Sequence record: DRR723986_4746
Strand: one strand, 5' to 3'
Length of the DNA: 51,876 nt
This document shows, in pieces, positions 10,319 through 20,432 of the stretch; within the stretch, counting starts at the first letter, position 1; each line of letters opens with the position of its first letter. The notes below the pieces were generated by a model that saw only the letters and a program-made list of their open reading frames with translations, had not been told where the DNA came from and searched no databases. Position numbers and translations under genes: made by a program.

Positions 10319-13300
10319 GCGAGCAAGCCCATCGCGGCATCATCGCCTGGTTCGCCCACAACCCGGTTGCCGCCAACCTGCTGATGGTGGTGATCATGGT
10401 GGTGGGGCTGGCCTCGGCCTTCAGCATCCAGCGCGCGATGTTCCCGGCCTTCGAGCTCGAGTTCATCATGATCGAGATGAGCTACCCGGGCGCCGCACCG
10501 GAGGAAGTCGAAAAAGGCCTGGTCTACAAGATCGAAGACGCAGTGAACGATGTGGAAGGCATCAAACGCATCGAGTCCGACGCCTACGAGTCCTTCACCC
10601 GCATCTTCATCGAACCCCAGGACGGGGTCGACCTGCCCATGCTGATGGACGATATCCGCAGTCGTATCGATGCGGTGCAGCACTTCCCGGAGGATGCGGA
10701 AAAACCCATCATTTCCAAGCCGGAGGTAATGTTCCCCGCCCTGACCGTGCAAATCTCCGGCGCCCTTGACGAGCGCAGCATGAAAGCGCTGGCCGAGGAC
10801 ATCCGCCGGGAGCTGCTGACCTACCCGGAAATCTCCTCGGCCGAGGTCGTCGGGGCACGGGACTATGAAATCGCGATCGAGATCTCCGAGCCCCTGCTGC
10901 GGGAATACCACCTGACCCTGGGTGAGGTAGCGCGCATTATCTCCGCCTCGTCGCTGGACCTGCCCGCCGGCTCCGTACAGACCGAGAACGGCGACATCAT
11001 GCTGCGCACGGTCGGCCAGGCCTATGTACAGCAGGACTTCGAGTCCATCGTCCTGCGTACCTACCCGGACGGCACTCGCCTGCTGCTGGGCGACATCGCC
11101 ACCGTCAACGACAGTTTCGTCGACGGCGCCGGTTTCTCCCTGTTCAACGGCCAGTATTCCCTTGGGGTGAATGTTTTTGCCATCGGCAAACAGGACATCA
11201 TTGATACCGCAGACGTGGCCAAGGCCTATGTCGAGGAGAAGCAGGCCCAGCTGCCCGATGGCATTACCCTGACCGTGTGGTCTGACATCACCTACTACCT
11301 CAAGGGCCGGCTCGGCATGATGGTGCGCAATCTGGCCCTGGGCGCACTGCTGGTGTTTGTGATCCTTGCCCTGTTCCTGGAGATCAAACTGGCGTTCTGG
11401 GTCATGCTGGGCATCCCGGTATGCTTCCTGGGAGCCATGGCCCTGATCAACACCCCCTACATCCACGCCAGCCTGAATATGATCAGTATCTTCGGCTTTA
11501 TCCTGGTACTGGGCATCGTGGTGGATGACGCCATCATCATGGGTGAGAGTGCCTACACCGAGCAGGAGCGTCACGGCCACAGCATCGCCAGCGTGGTCAA
11601 CGGGGTATACAAAGTCGCGACCCCCGCAACCTTCGGCGTGCTGACAACCATCGTGGCCTTCGCCCCTACCCTGTTTATCGAGGGCACCTTCGCGGCGTTT
11701 CCGGAAGCCTGCGGCTACGTTGTTATCCTCTGCCTCTGCTTCAGCCTGGTGGAGTCGAAGTGGATCCTCCCCGCGCACCTGGCCCACAGCAAACCGACCC
11801 GGAACCGCGCCCTGTTGGCCGTGGATCACCTGCAGGAAGGGGTCAACGCCCGGCTGCGCCGGTTCGTCGATACCCGCTACCAGCCCTTCGTCACCCGCTG
11901 CGTGGAAAATCGCTACGCGACCCTTGCCCTGTTCCTCGCCGGACTGGTGCTGTGTGCGGGCCTGCTCGTCGGTGGCGTGGTCCGCACGGTAATCTCCCCG
12001 GACGTCCCGGGTGAATTCATTCAGCTCGAACTGCGCATGGCGCAGGGCACCCCCGAGGAACGCACTCTGGAAGCCCTGATGGAAATAGGCGCTGCCCTGG
12101 AGAAGGTGGAAGCTGACTACCAGGCCGGGGTCGGGCGCGAGGAGACGCTGATCAAGCACGTTGCGGTCTACGGCTTCGATCGCATCAATGGGCGCATGGA
12201 CGTGGAGCTGACCAAGGAAGACAAGCGCCGTGTCTCAACCCGCCGAATAGAGCATCTGTGGCGCGAAGAAGTCGGCACGATTCACGGTGCCGAAGTGCTG
12301 GCTATCTCCAGTGCGGACGGCCCCAAGTTCGGACCGTCGATCGCTTTCGACCTGATGCACGATGATTTCGAGACCCTTCGCCAGGCCTCGGCAGAGCTGG
12401 AGGAAGCCTTGCGCCACTACGAGGGGCTGTTCGATATCCGCAATGGCGCCAGCGACACCTCAGACGAGTTCCACCTGGACATTCTGCCGGAAGCCGAGTC
12501 CCTGGGCCTGACCCGTTTCGATCTCGGCAACCAGGTGAGGCATGCCTTCTATGGCGCCGAGGCGCAGCGAGTGCAGCGCGGCATCGACGAAGTCAAAGTG
12601 ATGGTGCGCTACCCGGAGGCGGACCGTAAAACCATCAGCAGCCTCGACAGCATGTACATCCGCACCCCGGAGGGCGACGAAGTACCCTTTGAAACGGTGG
12701 CGCGTATCGACGTACACCAGGGACTGCTCAAAGCGACCCACCTGAATTTCCAGCGGGCAGCGGAGATTACCGCCGAGGCAAACAAGGAACTGGTGGAACC
12801 GGCCCGGGTGGTCTCTGACGTCAGCGAGAACGTCATACCGAGGCTACTGGCCAAATACCCGGGACTGGGCTGGGGTATCTCCGGCATGTCGGACGAGGAA
12901 AGCAAGGCGGCCACCAGCATGATGATCGGCTTTGGCCTCGCCCTGTTCGGAATCTACGCCCTGCTTGCGATACCGACCCGCTCCTACCTGCAGCCGCTGA
13001 TCATCATGGGGGTCATTCCCTTCGGGGTCATCGGTGCCATCGTGGGACACTGGGTAATGGGCCTGCCCATGAGCCTGATGTCGATGATGGGCGTGATCGC
13101 CCTCAGTGGGGTGGTGGTAAACGACAGTCTCATCCTGGTGGACTACGTCAACAAGTCGCTGCACAGCGGCCAGGCCCTGAAGGACGCGGTGTTGGAATCC
13201 GGCAGCCGGCGCTTCCGCGCGATCCTGCTCACCTCGCTGACAACCTTTTTCGGCCTGGCTCCCATGCTGCTGGAACGCAGCGCGCAGGCCCTGGAGATCG

Positions 13301-13485
13301 TCCCGATGGCGGTATCACTGGCCTTCGGTATTGTCTTTGCAACAGTCATAACCCTGCTGCTGGTCCCCTGCCTGTACATGATCCTGGCGGATCTGGACGG
13401 CTGGTGGAAAGGTCGTACAGCGAGTGCCCAGGCTGGGCGCTCAACGCCCCCCAATGCCACAGTCAGCGGCGGCCAACAGGGCTAG
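10315..13485 (+). CDS. RND efflux permease (AcrB/AcrD/AcrF family)
   Basis: YPGAAPEEVE, GIVVDDAIIMGE, RFRAILLTSLTT. GTGA overlap with the adaptor gene. Confidence 0.95.
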   Translation: MSEQAHRGIIAWFAHNPVAANLLMVVIMVVGLASAFSIQRAMFPAFELEFIMIEMSYPGAAPEEVEKGLVYKIEDAVNDVEGIKRIESDAYESFTRIFIEPQDGVDLPMLMDDIRSRIDAVQHFPEDAEKPIISKPEVMFPALTVQISGALDERSMKALAEDIRRELLTYPEISSAEVVGARDYEIAIEISEPLLREYHLTLGEVARIISASSLDLPAGSVQTENGDIMLRTVGQAYVQQDFESIVLRTYPDGTRLLLGDIATVNDSFVDGAGFSLFNGQYSLGVNVFAIGKQDIIDTADVAKAYVEEKQAQLPDGITLTVWSDITYYLKGRLGMMVRNLALGALLVFVILALFLEIKLAFWVMLGIPVCFLGAMALINTPYIHASLNMISIFGFILVLGIVVDDAIIMGESAYTEQERHGHSIASVVNGVYKVATPATFGVLTTIVAFAPTLFIEGTFAAFPEACGYVVILCLCFSLVESKWILPAHLAHSKPTRNRALLAVDHLQEGVNARLRRFVDTRYQPFVTRCVENRYATLALFLAGLVLCAGLLVGGVVRTVISPDVPGEFIQLELRMAQGTPEERTLEALMEIGAALEKVEADYQAGVGREETLIKHVAVYGFDRINGRMDVELTKEDKRRVSTRRIEHLWREEVGTIHGAEVLAISSADGPKFGPSIAFDLMHDDFETLRQASAELEEALRHYEGLFDIRNGASDTSDEFHLDILPEAESLGLTRFDLGNQVRHAFYGAEAQRVQRGIDEVKVMVRYPEADRKTISSLDSMYIRTPEGDEVPFETVARIDVHQGLLKATHLNFQRAAEITAEANKELVEPARVVSDVSENVIPRLLAKYPGLGWGISGMSDEESKAATSMMIGFGLALFGIYALLAIPTRSYLQPLIIMGVIPFGVIGAIVGHWVMGLPMSLMSMMGVIALSGVVVNDSLILVDYVNKSLHSGQALKDAVLESGSRRFRAILLTSLTTFFGLAPMLLERSAQALEIVPMAVSLAFGIVFATVITLLLVPCLYMILADLDGWWKGRTASAQAGRSTPPNATVSGGQQG

Positions 13486-13849
13486 GTAGCGGGGGACTGC
13501 GCCTCGCGCAGTTCCGGCCCCCGCCAGCGCACATACAGCATGGCGACGATGAACAGGATCACCACACTGAGCAGGCCAATAATGCCCGGAATCTCCCCCG
13601 GCCGGGCAAACACCCGCTCTACCAGGGCAATGAAATACAACAGGCTGACAAAGCACAGCCAGACATAACTGCGCAGCCGGTCACGCAACATACCGGGCAG
13701 GAACAGCAGCAGTGGCAGCAGCTTACCCAACCAGATAATCCAGGGAGCGCCGTGAATCAGTGCATCTGCCGCCTGCTGGGCCAGCAGTGCGCCGTAGGCG
13801 AACCAGCACGTCCACCACAGCAACTGGCATACCTGGCCCCGGGCGGGCA

Positions 13850-13850
<1 letters not shown>
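13482..13850 (-). CDS. DUF2069 membrane protein
   Basis: KLLPLLLFLPG...RSYVWLCFVSLLYF. Coupled to the wrbA stop (TGATG), as in the usual arsC-wrbA-DUF2069 order. Confidence 0.8.
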
Positions 13851-14796
<946 letters not shown>

Positions 14797-14888
14797 GGGT
14801 AAACCGATAACTGGAGGACGGCTGATTATACCAGAGCTGCTGTGCGCACGGCGTACAGACCCGGGCGGATTCGTGCCATAATTCCGCC

Positions 14889-16118
14889 ATGGAATCTTTC
14901 AGGCAATTACTCGCCGCGCTGTGGCGCAGGGTGCTGTATCTGGTCGGCCGTTTCAGCATTGACCGCTGTTCGGAAATCGCCGCTGCCCTCACCTACATGA
15001 GCCTGTTCGCGCTGGTGCCCCTGCTGACCGTGCTGTACACGATGGCCTCGGCAATCCCCGCGTTTCAGGGCGTGGAAGGACAGATCCAGGAAATGCTGTT
15101 CACCCACCTGATGCCCGAGACCTCGTCGGATATCGAAAGCTACCTCCAGGATTTCTCCCGCCAGGCCAAGAACCTTACGGGCTTCGGTATCGCCTTCCTG
15201 GTGGCAACTGCCGTACTCATGCTGCGCAATATCGAGAAGGCCTTCAACATGATCTGGCGCACCCGCGAGAATCGCAGCGCCGTCTCCAGCTTCCTGCTTT
15301 ACTGGGCGGTACTCAGCCTGGCGCCGCTGACCATCGGCATGGCGCTGGGCATCAGTACCTATCTCGCCTCGCTGGCAGTCATGTTTGAAGACTACGACGT
15401 GATGGGTGCTGGCTCGGCACTGCTCAGTCTCGCTCCCTACCTGTTGAGTGTCGCCGGGTTCACCCTGATCTACGCCGCGGTTCCCAACTGCCGGGTGCCC
15501 TTCCGCCATGCGCTGCTGGGCGGCGCACTGGCAGCGCTGGCCTTCAACGTTGCCCGCCGCGCCTTTACCGATCTCGTGGTCGGCTCCAGCTATACCTTTA
15601 TCTACGGTGCTTTCGCCGCGGTACCGCTGTTCCTGCTGTGGATCTACATCTCCTGGAATATTGTGCTGATGGGGGGCATCCTGGTGCACAGCCTGTCCGC
15701 CTACCAGACCCAGGAGGAGGCGGCGCGTCCGACGGTGCTGAAAGCCCTCGATGTGCTCTACCTGCTCTGGTCACGCCAGAAAACAGGCCAGGCAGTGCGG
15801 GAAAGCGAACTGATGAGCGGCCGGACCGCGGCCATTATGGGCGTGGACAGCGAGACCTGGCGCGACCTGCGCAAAACCTTTCTCGACAACAAGCTGATCG
15901 CCGAGAACGACCGGGGTCGCTACCTGCTGGCAAGGGACCTGCACCAGGTGAGCTTCTGGCAAATCAAAGAAATGATCAATGAGGAACTGCCCTTGGATAA
16001 GGAAGACATCTCCGCCCATATGCCCTGGCAGGAACAGGCCTACAAGCTGCTCAGGGAGCAGCGCGGACAACAGCGGGAACTGCTGCACACCAGCCTGGCG
16101 GAGCTGTTTTCCCAATGA
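14889..16118 (+). CDS. YihY/BrkB family inner-membrane protein
   Basis: AAALTYMSLFALVP, IEKAFNMIW, YGAFAAVPLFLLWIY, plus a soluble C-terminal extension. Confidence 0.9.
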   Translation: MESFRQLLAALWRRVLYLVGRFSIDRCSEIAAALTYMSLFALVPLLTVLYTMASAIPAFQGVEGQIQEMLFTHLMPETSSDIESYLQDFSRQAKNLTGFGIAFLVATAVLMLRNIEKAFNMIWRTRENRSAVSSFLLYWAVLSLAPLTIGMALGISTYLASLAVMFEDYDVMGAGSALLSLAPYLLSVAGFTLIYAAVPNCRVPFRHALLGGALAALAFNVARRAFTDLVVGSSYTFIYGAFAAVPLFLLWIYISWNIVLMGGILVHSLSAYQTQEEAARPTVLKALDVLYLLWSRQKTGQAVRESELMSGRTAAIMGVDSETWRDLRKTFLDNKLIAENDRGRYLLARDLHQVSFWQIKEMINEELPLDKEDISAHMPWQEQAYKLLREQRGQQRELLHTSLAELFSQ

Positions 16119-16537
16119 ACCGCCTGGTGGTCGCCATAATGCTCGTCCTGCTGGGCGCCTGCAGCAGTGACCCCAGCGGCCTCGCCGCGTACCGTGGCCA
16201 GTGGGTGCTGATCAATTACTGGGCCCAATGGTGCAAACCCTGCATCAAGGAAATTCCCGAGCTCAACGAGCTGGACCACAGTCGTGACGATGTGACCGTG
16301 CTGGGGGTCAACTACGACGGCCTTACCGGTGCCGAGCTCGAAAGCCAGCTGACTGCCCTCAAGGTGGGCTTCGCCACCCTGGAACAGGACCCTGCGGCCA
16401 GTCTGGGCGTAACGCGCCCGGTGGTCCTACCCACCACGTTCCTGCTCAATCCCGACGGCGAACTGGTTGCCACCCTGGTGGGCCCACAGACCCTGGAGAG
16501 CCTGAACGAGGCGGTCAGCGTCGCCGCCGGCGGCTAA
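16115..16537 (+). CDS. TlpA-family thiol:disulfide reductase, lipoprotein
   Basis: Lipobox LLGAC, NYWAQWCKPC, LPTT. Confidence 0.9.
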   Translation: MNRLVVAIMLVLLGACSSDPSGLAAYRGQWVLINYWAQWCKPCIKEIPELNELDHSRDDVTVLGVNYDGLTGAELESQLTALKVGFATLEQDPAASLGVTRPVVLPTTFLLNPDGELVATLVGPQTLESLNEAVSVAAGG

Positions 16538-16585
16538 TAGTTGCAGAATTCCCTGAGCAAGCGGTTACCGGCTGGTGTTGCGCAC

Positions 16586-16608
16586 AAAAAAACCGGCCAG
16601 GGGCCGGT
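16586..16608 (-). terminator. Rho-independent terminator, minus-strand oriented
   Basis: The minus strand reads ACCGGCC-CCT-GGCCGGT followed by a T run. Confidence 0.8.
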
Positions 16609-16717
16609 CAGAGAGGAGTCTCCAAGGGAGGGGTAATAGACCTGGATGGAATCCAGTACAACAGACAATGTGGGGTCCCTCACCACAGTCGCCTCGCGCT
16701 GCAGCAACACTGTCACT
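16586..16717 (-). ncRNA. Candidate sigmaE-dependent small regulatory RNA (~130 nt)
   Basis: Bounded by a sigmaE-type promoter and an intrinsic terminator inside the tlpA-cysK gap. Has internal hairpins and C/U-rich single-stranded tracts. No matching family recognised. Confidence 0.6.
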
Positions 16718-16723
16718 GAACAC

Positions 16724-16751
16724 TAAGACTTAGCCCGGTACGAGAAGTTCC
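16724..16751 (-). promoter_or_regulatory. sigmaE (RpoE/AlgU)-type promoter
   Basis: The minus strand reads GGAACTT-N16-TCTTA (-35 at 16751-16745, -10 at 16728-16724), preceded by A/T tracts at 16755-16771 (UP-like). Confidence 0.7.
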
Positions 16752-16895
16752 AGGATTTTTGAAAAAAAAATCTGCCAGCTGATCGAGCCAAGCCACAGGC
16801 TGATCCAGCTCGAGCTGCGCGATGCGTATGGTTGGACAGTGGCCGCGGCCCAAGCTAGTCTTCTGCTCACCGAAATGCACAGGGAGCGCCAGACC

Positions 16896-17864
16896 ATGGG
16901 CCACATCTTCAACGATAATTCCGAGACCATTGGCGGCACCCCGCTGGTAAAGATCAACAACATCAGCGATGGCCAGATCTACGCGAAACTCGAGAATCGC
17001 AATCCGGCGATGTCAGTGAAATGCCGGATCGGCACCAGCATGGTTATGGCCGCCGAGGCGGATGGCAGCCTCAAGCCCGGGATGACTATCGTCGAGCCAA
17101 CCAGCGGCAATACCGGCATCGCCCTCGCCTTTGTAGCGGCAGCCAGAGGCTATGGCTGCATCCTGATCATGCCCAACACCATGAGCCTGGAGCGGCGCAT
17201 GCTGATGAAGGCGCTGGGAGCCGATATCATTCTCACCGAAGGTGCCAAAGGTATTCCCGCGGCCATCGCCAAGGCGGAGGAAATCATTGCCTCTGACCCA
17301 GCCAAATACTGGGGTCCACGCCAATTCGAGAACCCCGCCAACCCCGCCATCCACGAGAGTACAACAGGCCCTGAGATCTGGCGCGATACCGACGGCAAGA
17401 TCGACGTACTGGTCGCAGGCGTGGGCACCGGCGGCACCCTGACCGGGATCTCGCGCTACATCAAGAACACAGCGGGTAAGGCCATCACCACCGTAGCCGT
17501 AGAGCCGATAACAACTACCATGATCACCAGTGCCAAATCTGGCGAGGAACCCAGCCATGCGCCACACAAGATCCAGGGCATCGGTGCTGGCTTCGTGCCG
17601 GACAACCTGGACCTGGCCATGGTCGACCAGGTCGAGCAGGTCAGCAATGAAGAAGCCTTTGAGTGGGCTCACAAGCTGATGCAGCAGGAAGGTATCCTGG
17701 CCGGTGGCTCCTGCGGCGCGGCCATGGCGGTCGCCCACCGGGTATCACAGCAGGAACAGCACCGGGGCAAGACGATCGTGGTCATCCTCCCCGATTCGGG
17801 AGAACGCTACCTCACCTCACCGCTGTTCGCCGGTCATTTCAGCGACAACGAGACGGTACAGTAG
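16896..17864 (+). CDS. cysK: Cysteine synthase A
   Basis: [11 protein letters not shown] (PLP lysine), [30 protein letters not shown]. Start set at the ATG after AGGGAG. Confidence 0.95.
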   Translation: MGHIFNDNSETIGGTPLVKINNISDGQIYAKLENRNPAMSVKCRIGTSMVMAAEADGSLKPGMTIVEPTSGNTGIALAFVAAARGYGCILIMPNTMSLERRMLMKALGADIILTEGAKGIPAAIAKAEEIIASDPAKYWGPRQFENPANPAIHESTTGPEIWRDTDGKIDVLVAGVGTGGTLTGISRYIKNTAGKAITTVAVEPITTTMITSAKSGEEPSHAPHKIQGIGAGFVPDNLDLAMVDQVEQVSNEEAFEWAHKLMQQEGILAGGSCGAAMAVAHRVSQQEQHRGKTIVVILPDSGERYLTSPLFAGHFSDNETVQ

Positions 17865-17873
17865 TTCGCCGGC

Positions 17874-18617
17874 CTAGAGGCCGTATTTCTTATCCCAGCG
17901 CGCGACGATCTGGCGGAAGCTGCCGTCGCGCTTGACCTCCGCCAGCGCGCGGTTGAAATCCGCAATCAGTTTCTCGGAGCTCTCGCTGGCCCGTGAACCC
18001 GCCACATACAGCCCGCGCGGTGGCAGGGTGATCTTCAGGGCCTCGAATTCTTCCTTACGCTGGGGCAGGTATTCGTCGAGCATTAGCGCGATCACCCGCC
18101 GGTCACCGATCACATAGTCCACCTTGCCATTGAGCAGGTTCATCAGGTTCTGGATAAGGTGATTCTCGGTAACCAGGGTGACACCGCCGATCTCGGCAAA
18201 GTCCACCCCATAGGAATATTCGCGCTGCACACCCAGGCGACTGCCCTTGATATCCATGATCGAACGGTGGAAGCGCGGGTTGTTGGCCAGTTTCAGCACC
18301 ACCAGCTCGTTCACCAGGTAGGGTTCGCTATACACGAAGTCACGCTCCCTGGCTTCGTCGCGCCAGGCGGCCCCGAGCACGTCATACAGGCCGATGCGAA
18401 CACCTTCCATGCTGCGTGGCCAGGTCTCTATGGTGTTGTCTACCTTGTAGCCGGCGCGCGCAAAAATGTGTCGCACCAACTCCAGGGCCATGCCCTGCTC
18501 GGGCAGGTTTTCGTCAATATAGGGTGGCCAGGTATTGGTCATCATCGTTACCGGCTCGGCACGCGCCGACAGCACGGCAACAGCCAGGAAAACGCTTATG
18601 AACAGGCGTAACAACAT
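17874..18617 (-). CDS. Orphan periplasmic solute-binding protein (family 3-like)
   Basis: Signal peptide, WPPY, WPRS...G.YD and C-terminal FNRALAEVKRDG. RBS AAGGAG before the ATG at 18617. Confidence 0.85.
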   Translation of the reverse strand: MLLRLFISVFLAVAVLSARAEPVTMMTNTWPPYIDENLPEQGMALELVRHIFARAGYKVDNTIETWPRSMEGVRIGLYDVLGAAWRDEARERDFVYSEPYLVNELVVLKLANNPRFHRSIMDIKGSRLGVQREYSYGVDFAEIGGVTLVTENHLIQNLMNLLNGKVDYVIGDRRVIALMLDEYLPQRKEEFEALKITLPPRGLYVAGSRASESSEKLIADFNRALAEVKRDGSFRQIVARWDKKYGL

Positions 18618-18649
18618 GGTCTTCTCCTTGGTAATAGCGTAGCGCGGCA

Positions 18650-19237
18650 TCAGGGGCGCTGCATCAAAAGCTGCAGGCGCTGCTGAACCTCCGGCCACTC
18701 GTCATCCGTGACACTGAAATAGACCGAATCGCGGGCGAAATCGTCCTGAACGATCATATGCTTGCGCAGTACCCCCTCGCGGGTCGCACCGATGCGCTCC
18801 AGCGCCCTTTGTGAGCGCAGGTTGCGTGCATCGGTCTTGAATTCTACCCGGAGACAGCCCAGACGGTCGAATGCATGGCGCAGCAGCAGCCATTTCACCT
18901 CCGTATTCACCCCCGTGCGCTGCCACTCCTGGCCAAGCCAGGTCCAGCCAATCTCCAGGCTGCGGTGCTCGCGGCGGATCGACAGGTAGCGAGTGCTGCC
19001 GGCCACCCGGTTCTTGCCGAGCTCAATAACGGCAAACGGCAACTGGTCCGGGGCCCGCAGGGCATCGTCAATCCAGTGCCGGGTATCCGCCAGGTCAACA
19101 AAGCAACCACGGGGCATAAAGGCCCAGTCAGCCGTTTCCCGACCCCGGTTATACAAGCCCTGGGCGTGGGACTGGTCCAGCGGCTCCAGGGCGACATAAT
19201 CGCCTTCCAGGCGCACCGGGCGAACATCCAGGTACAT
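18650..19237 (-). CDS. GNAT N-acetyltransferase (RimJ/RimL-like)
   Basis: LEIGWTW, RVEFKTDARNLRSQRALERIGATREGVLR, RDSVYFS. Confidence 0.9.
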   Translation of the reverse strand: MYLDVRPVRLEGDYVALEPLDQSHAQGLYNRGRETADWAFMPRGCFVDLADTRHWIDDALRAPDQLPFAVIELGKNRVAGSTRYLSIRREHRSLEIGWTWLGQEWQRTGVNTEVKWLLLRHAFDRLGCLRVEFKTDARNLRSQRALERIGATREGVLRKHMIVQDDFARDSVYFSVTDDEWPEVQQRLQLLMQRP

Positions 19238-19332
19238 TGCTCAGTATCCTTGTGGGGTTAGCCGGCGGGGCGCACCGCCGCCGGGCCAAGCGCAGACGCT
19301 AGCAGAGCCTTCTCCACTCGGCAACGATCCAA

Positions 19333-20304
19333 TCATGGCACGAGAATGGTCGAGCCGGTGGTGCGACGAGCCTCAAGGTCACGGTGGGCCTGCTGCACGT
19401 CCGCCAGCGCGTAACGCTGATTGATCTCCACCGTGATTCTGCCGTCGAGCACCCGTTGGAAAACATCCTGGGCCGACTGGCGCAGCTCAGCGGTATCGGC
19501 GGTGTAGGTCAACAGGGTCGGCCGGGTGACAAACAGTGACCCTTTGTTGGCCAGCAGCTGGAGGTCCAACGGCTCCGGCGCGCCAGAGGCGTTGCCAAAG
19601 CTCACCATCAAACCGCGCGGGCGCAGGCAATCAAGGGAGTCGATGAAGGTATCGCGCCCTACTCCGTCGTAAACCACCGGCAGCATGGCGCCATCCGTCA
19701 GCTCCCTGACCCTGTCTACCAGGTTCTCCTCCCGGTAGTTAATGACATGCCGGTAGCCGTGCGCCCGCGCAAGCTCCGCCTTTTCCTCGGAACCGACGGT
19801 ACCGATGACGGTAGCCCCCAGGGCGCTGGCCCACTGGCCGAATATCAGGCCGACGCCCCCGGCAGCGGCGTGAAACAGGCAGGTGTCACCGGCCTGCAGC
19901 GAATACGTGCGCTGAATCAGGTATTCAGCAGTCGCGCCCTTGAGCAGCACCGCCGCTGCCGTGTCAAAATCAATGCCGTCCGGGATTCTCACCAGGCGCG
20001 ATGCCGGCAGGTTAAGCGCTTCGGCATAGGACCCGAAACCGGCCGAGCAATAGGCCACACGGTCTCCCGGTGCCAGGTCGGCGCCCTCACCCACGGCCTC
20101 GACCACACCCGCCCCCTCAAGACCAATCCCGATCGGAAGCGGCAGCGGGTAGAGCCCGCTGCGGTGGTAGGTGTCGATGAAGTTGAGACCGATGGCCTGG
20201 TTGGCCACCCGCACCATCCCCGGACCCGGTTCCTCCAGCGGTATATCCTCCAGCTCGAGCACCTCGGGGCCACCCGTCCGGTGGATTCTTATGCTTTGCG
20301 CCAT
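19333..20304 (-). CDS. qor: NADPH:quinone oxidoreductase (zeta-crystallin/MDR family)
   Basis: GLNFIDTYHRSGLYP, HAAAGGVG, VSFGNASG, GSLFVTRP. Confidence 0.9.
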   Translation of the reverse strand: MAQSIRIHRTGGPEVLELEDIPLEEPGPGMVRVANQAIGLNFIDTYHRSGLYPLPLPIGIGLEGAGVVEAVGEGADLAPGDRVAYCSAGFGSYAEALNLPASRLVRIPDGIDFDTAAAVLLKGATAEYLIQRTYSLQAGDTCLFHAAAGGVGLIFGQWASALGATVIGTVGSEEKAELARAHGYRHVINYREENLVDRVRELTDGAMLPVVYDGVGRDTFIDSLDCLRPRGLMVSFGNASGAPEPLDLQLLANKGSLFVTRPTLLTYTADTAELRQSAQDVFQRVLDGRITVEINQRYALADVQQAHRDLEARRTTGSTILVP

Positions 20305-20432
20305 GCCCTGTCCTCCATACCTCGTCGTCGGCGATTATGCGGGACCGGGTCCACCGGCGCAAAGCGCGCCACACCACGCGCATCCCGGGATGAGGGTATA
20401 CTTCCAGCAAAAATAGGAAGGCTTTTCATCGC

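Noticed and set aside
10126-12159. 677-aa minus-strand ORF
   Set aside because: Antisense shadow of the MFP/RND genes with no recognisable motifs; long stop-free antisense frames are common in GC-rich DNA.
16610-16660. GGA motifs on +, one in a hairpin loop, suggesting an RsmY/CsrB-like RNA
   Set aside because: There are too few repeats, and the promoter and terminator both point to the minus strand.
16534-16716. 60-aa minus-strand ORF starting at GTG next to the predicted sRNA start
   Set aside because: It runs through the intrinsic terminator and has no RBS or protein-like features. A leaderless peptide cannot be fully excluded without ribosome profiling.
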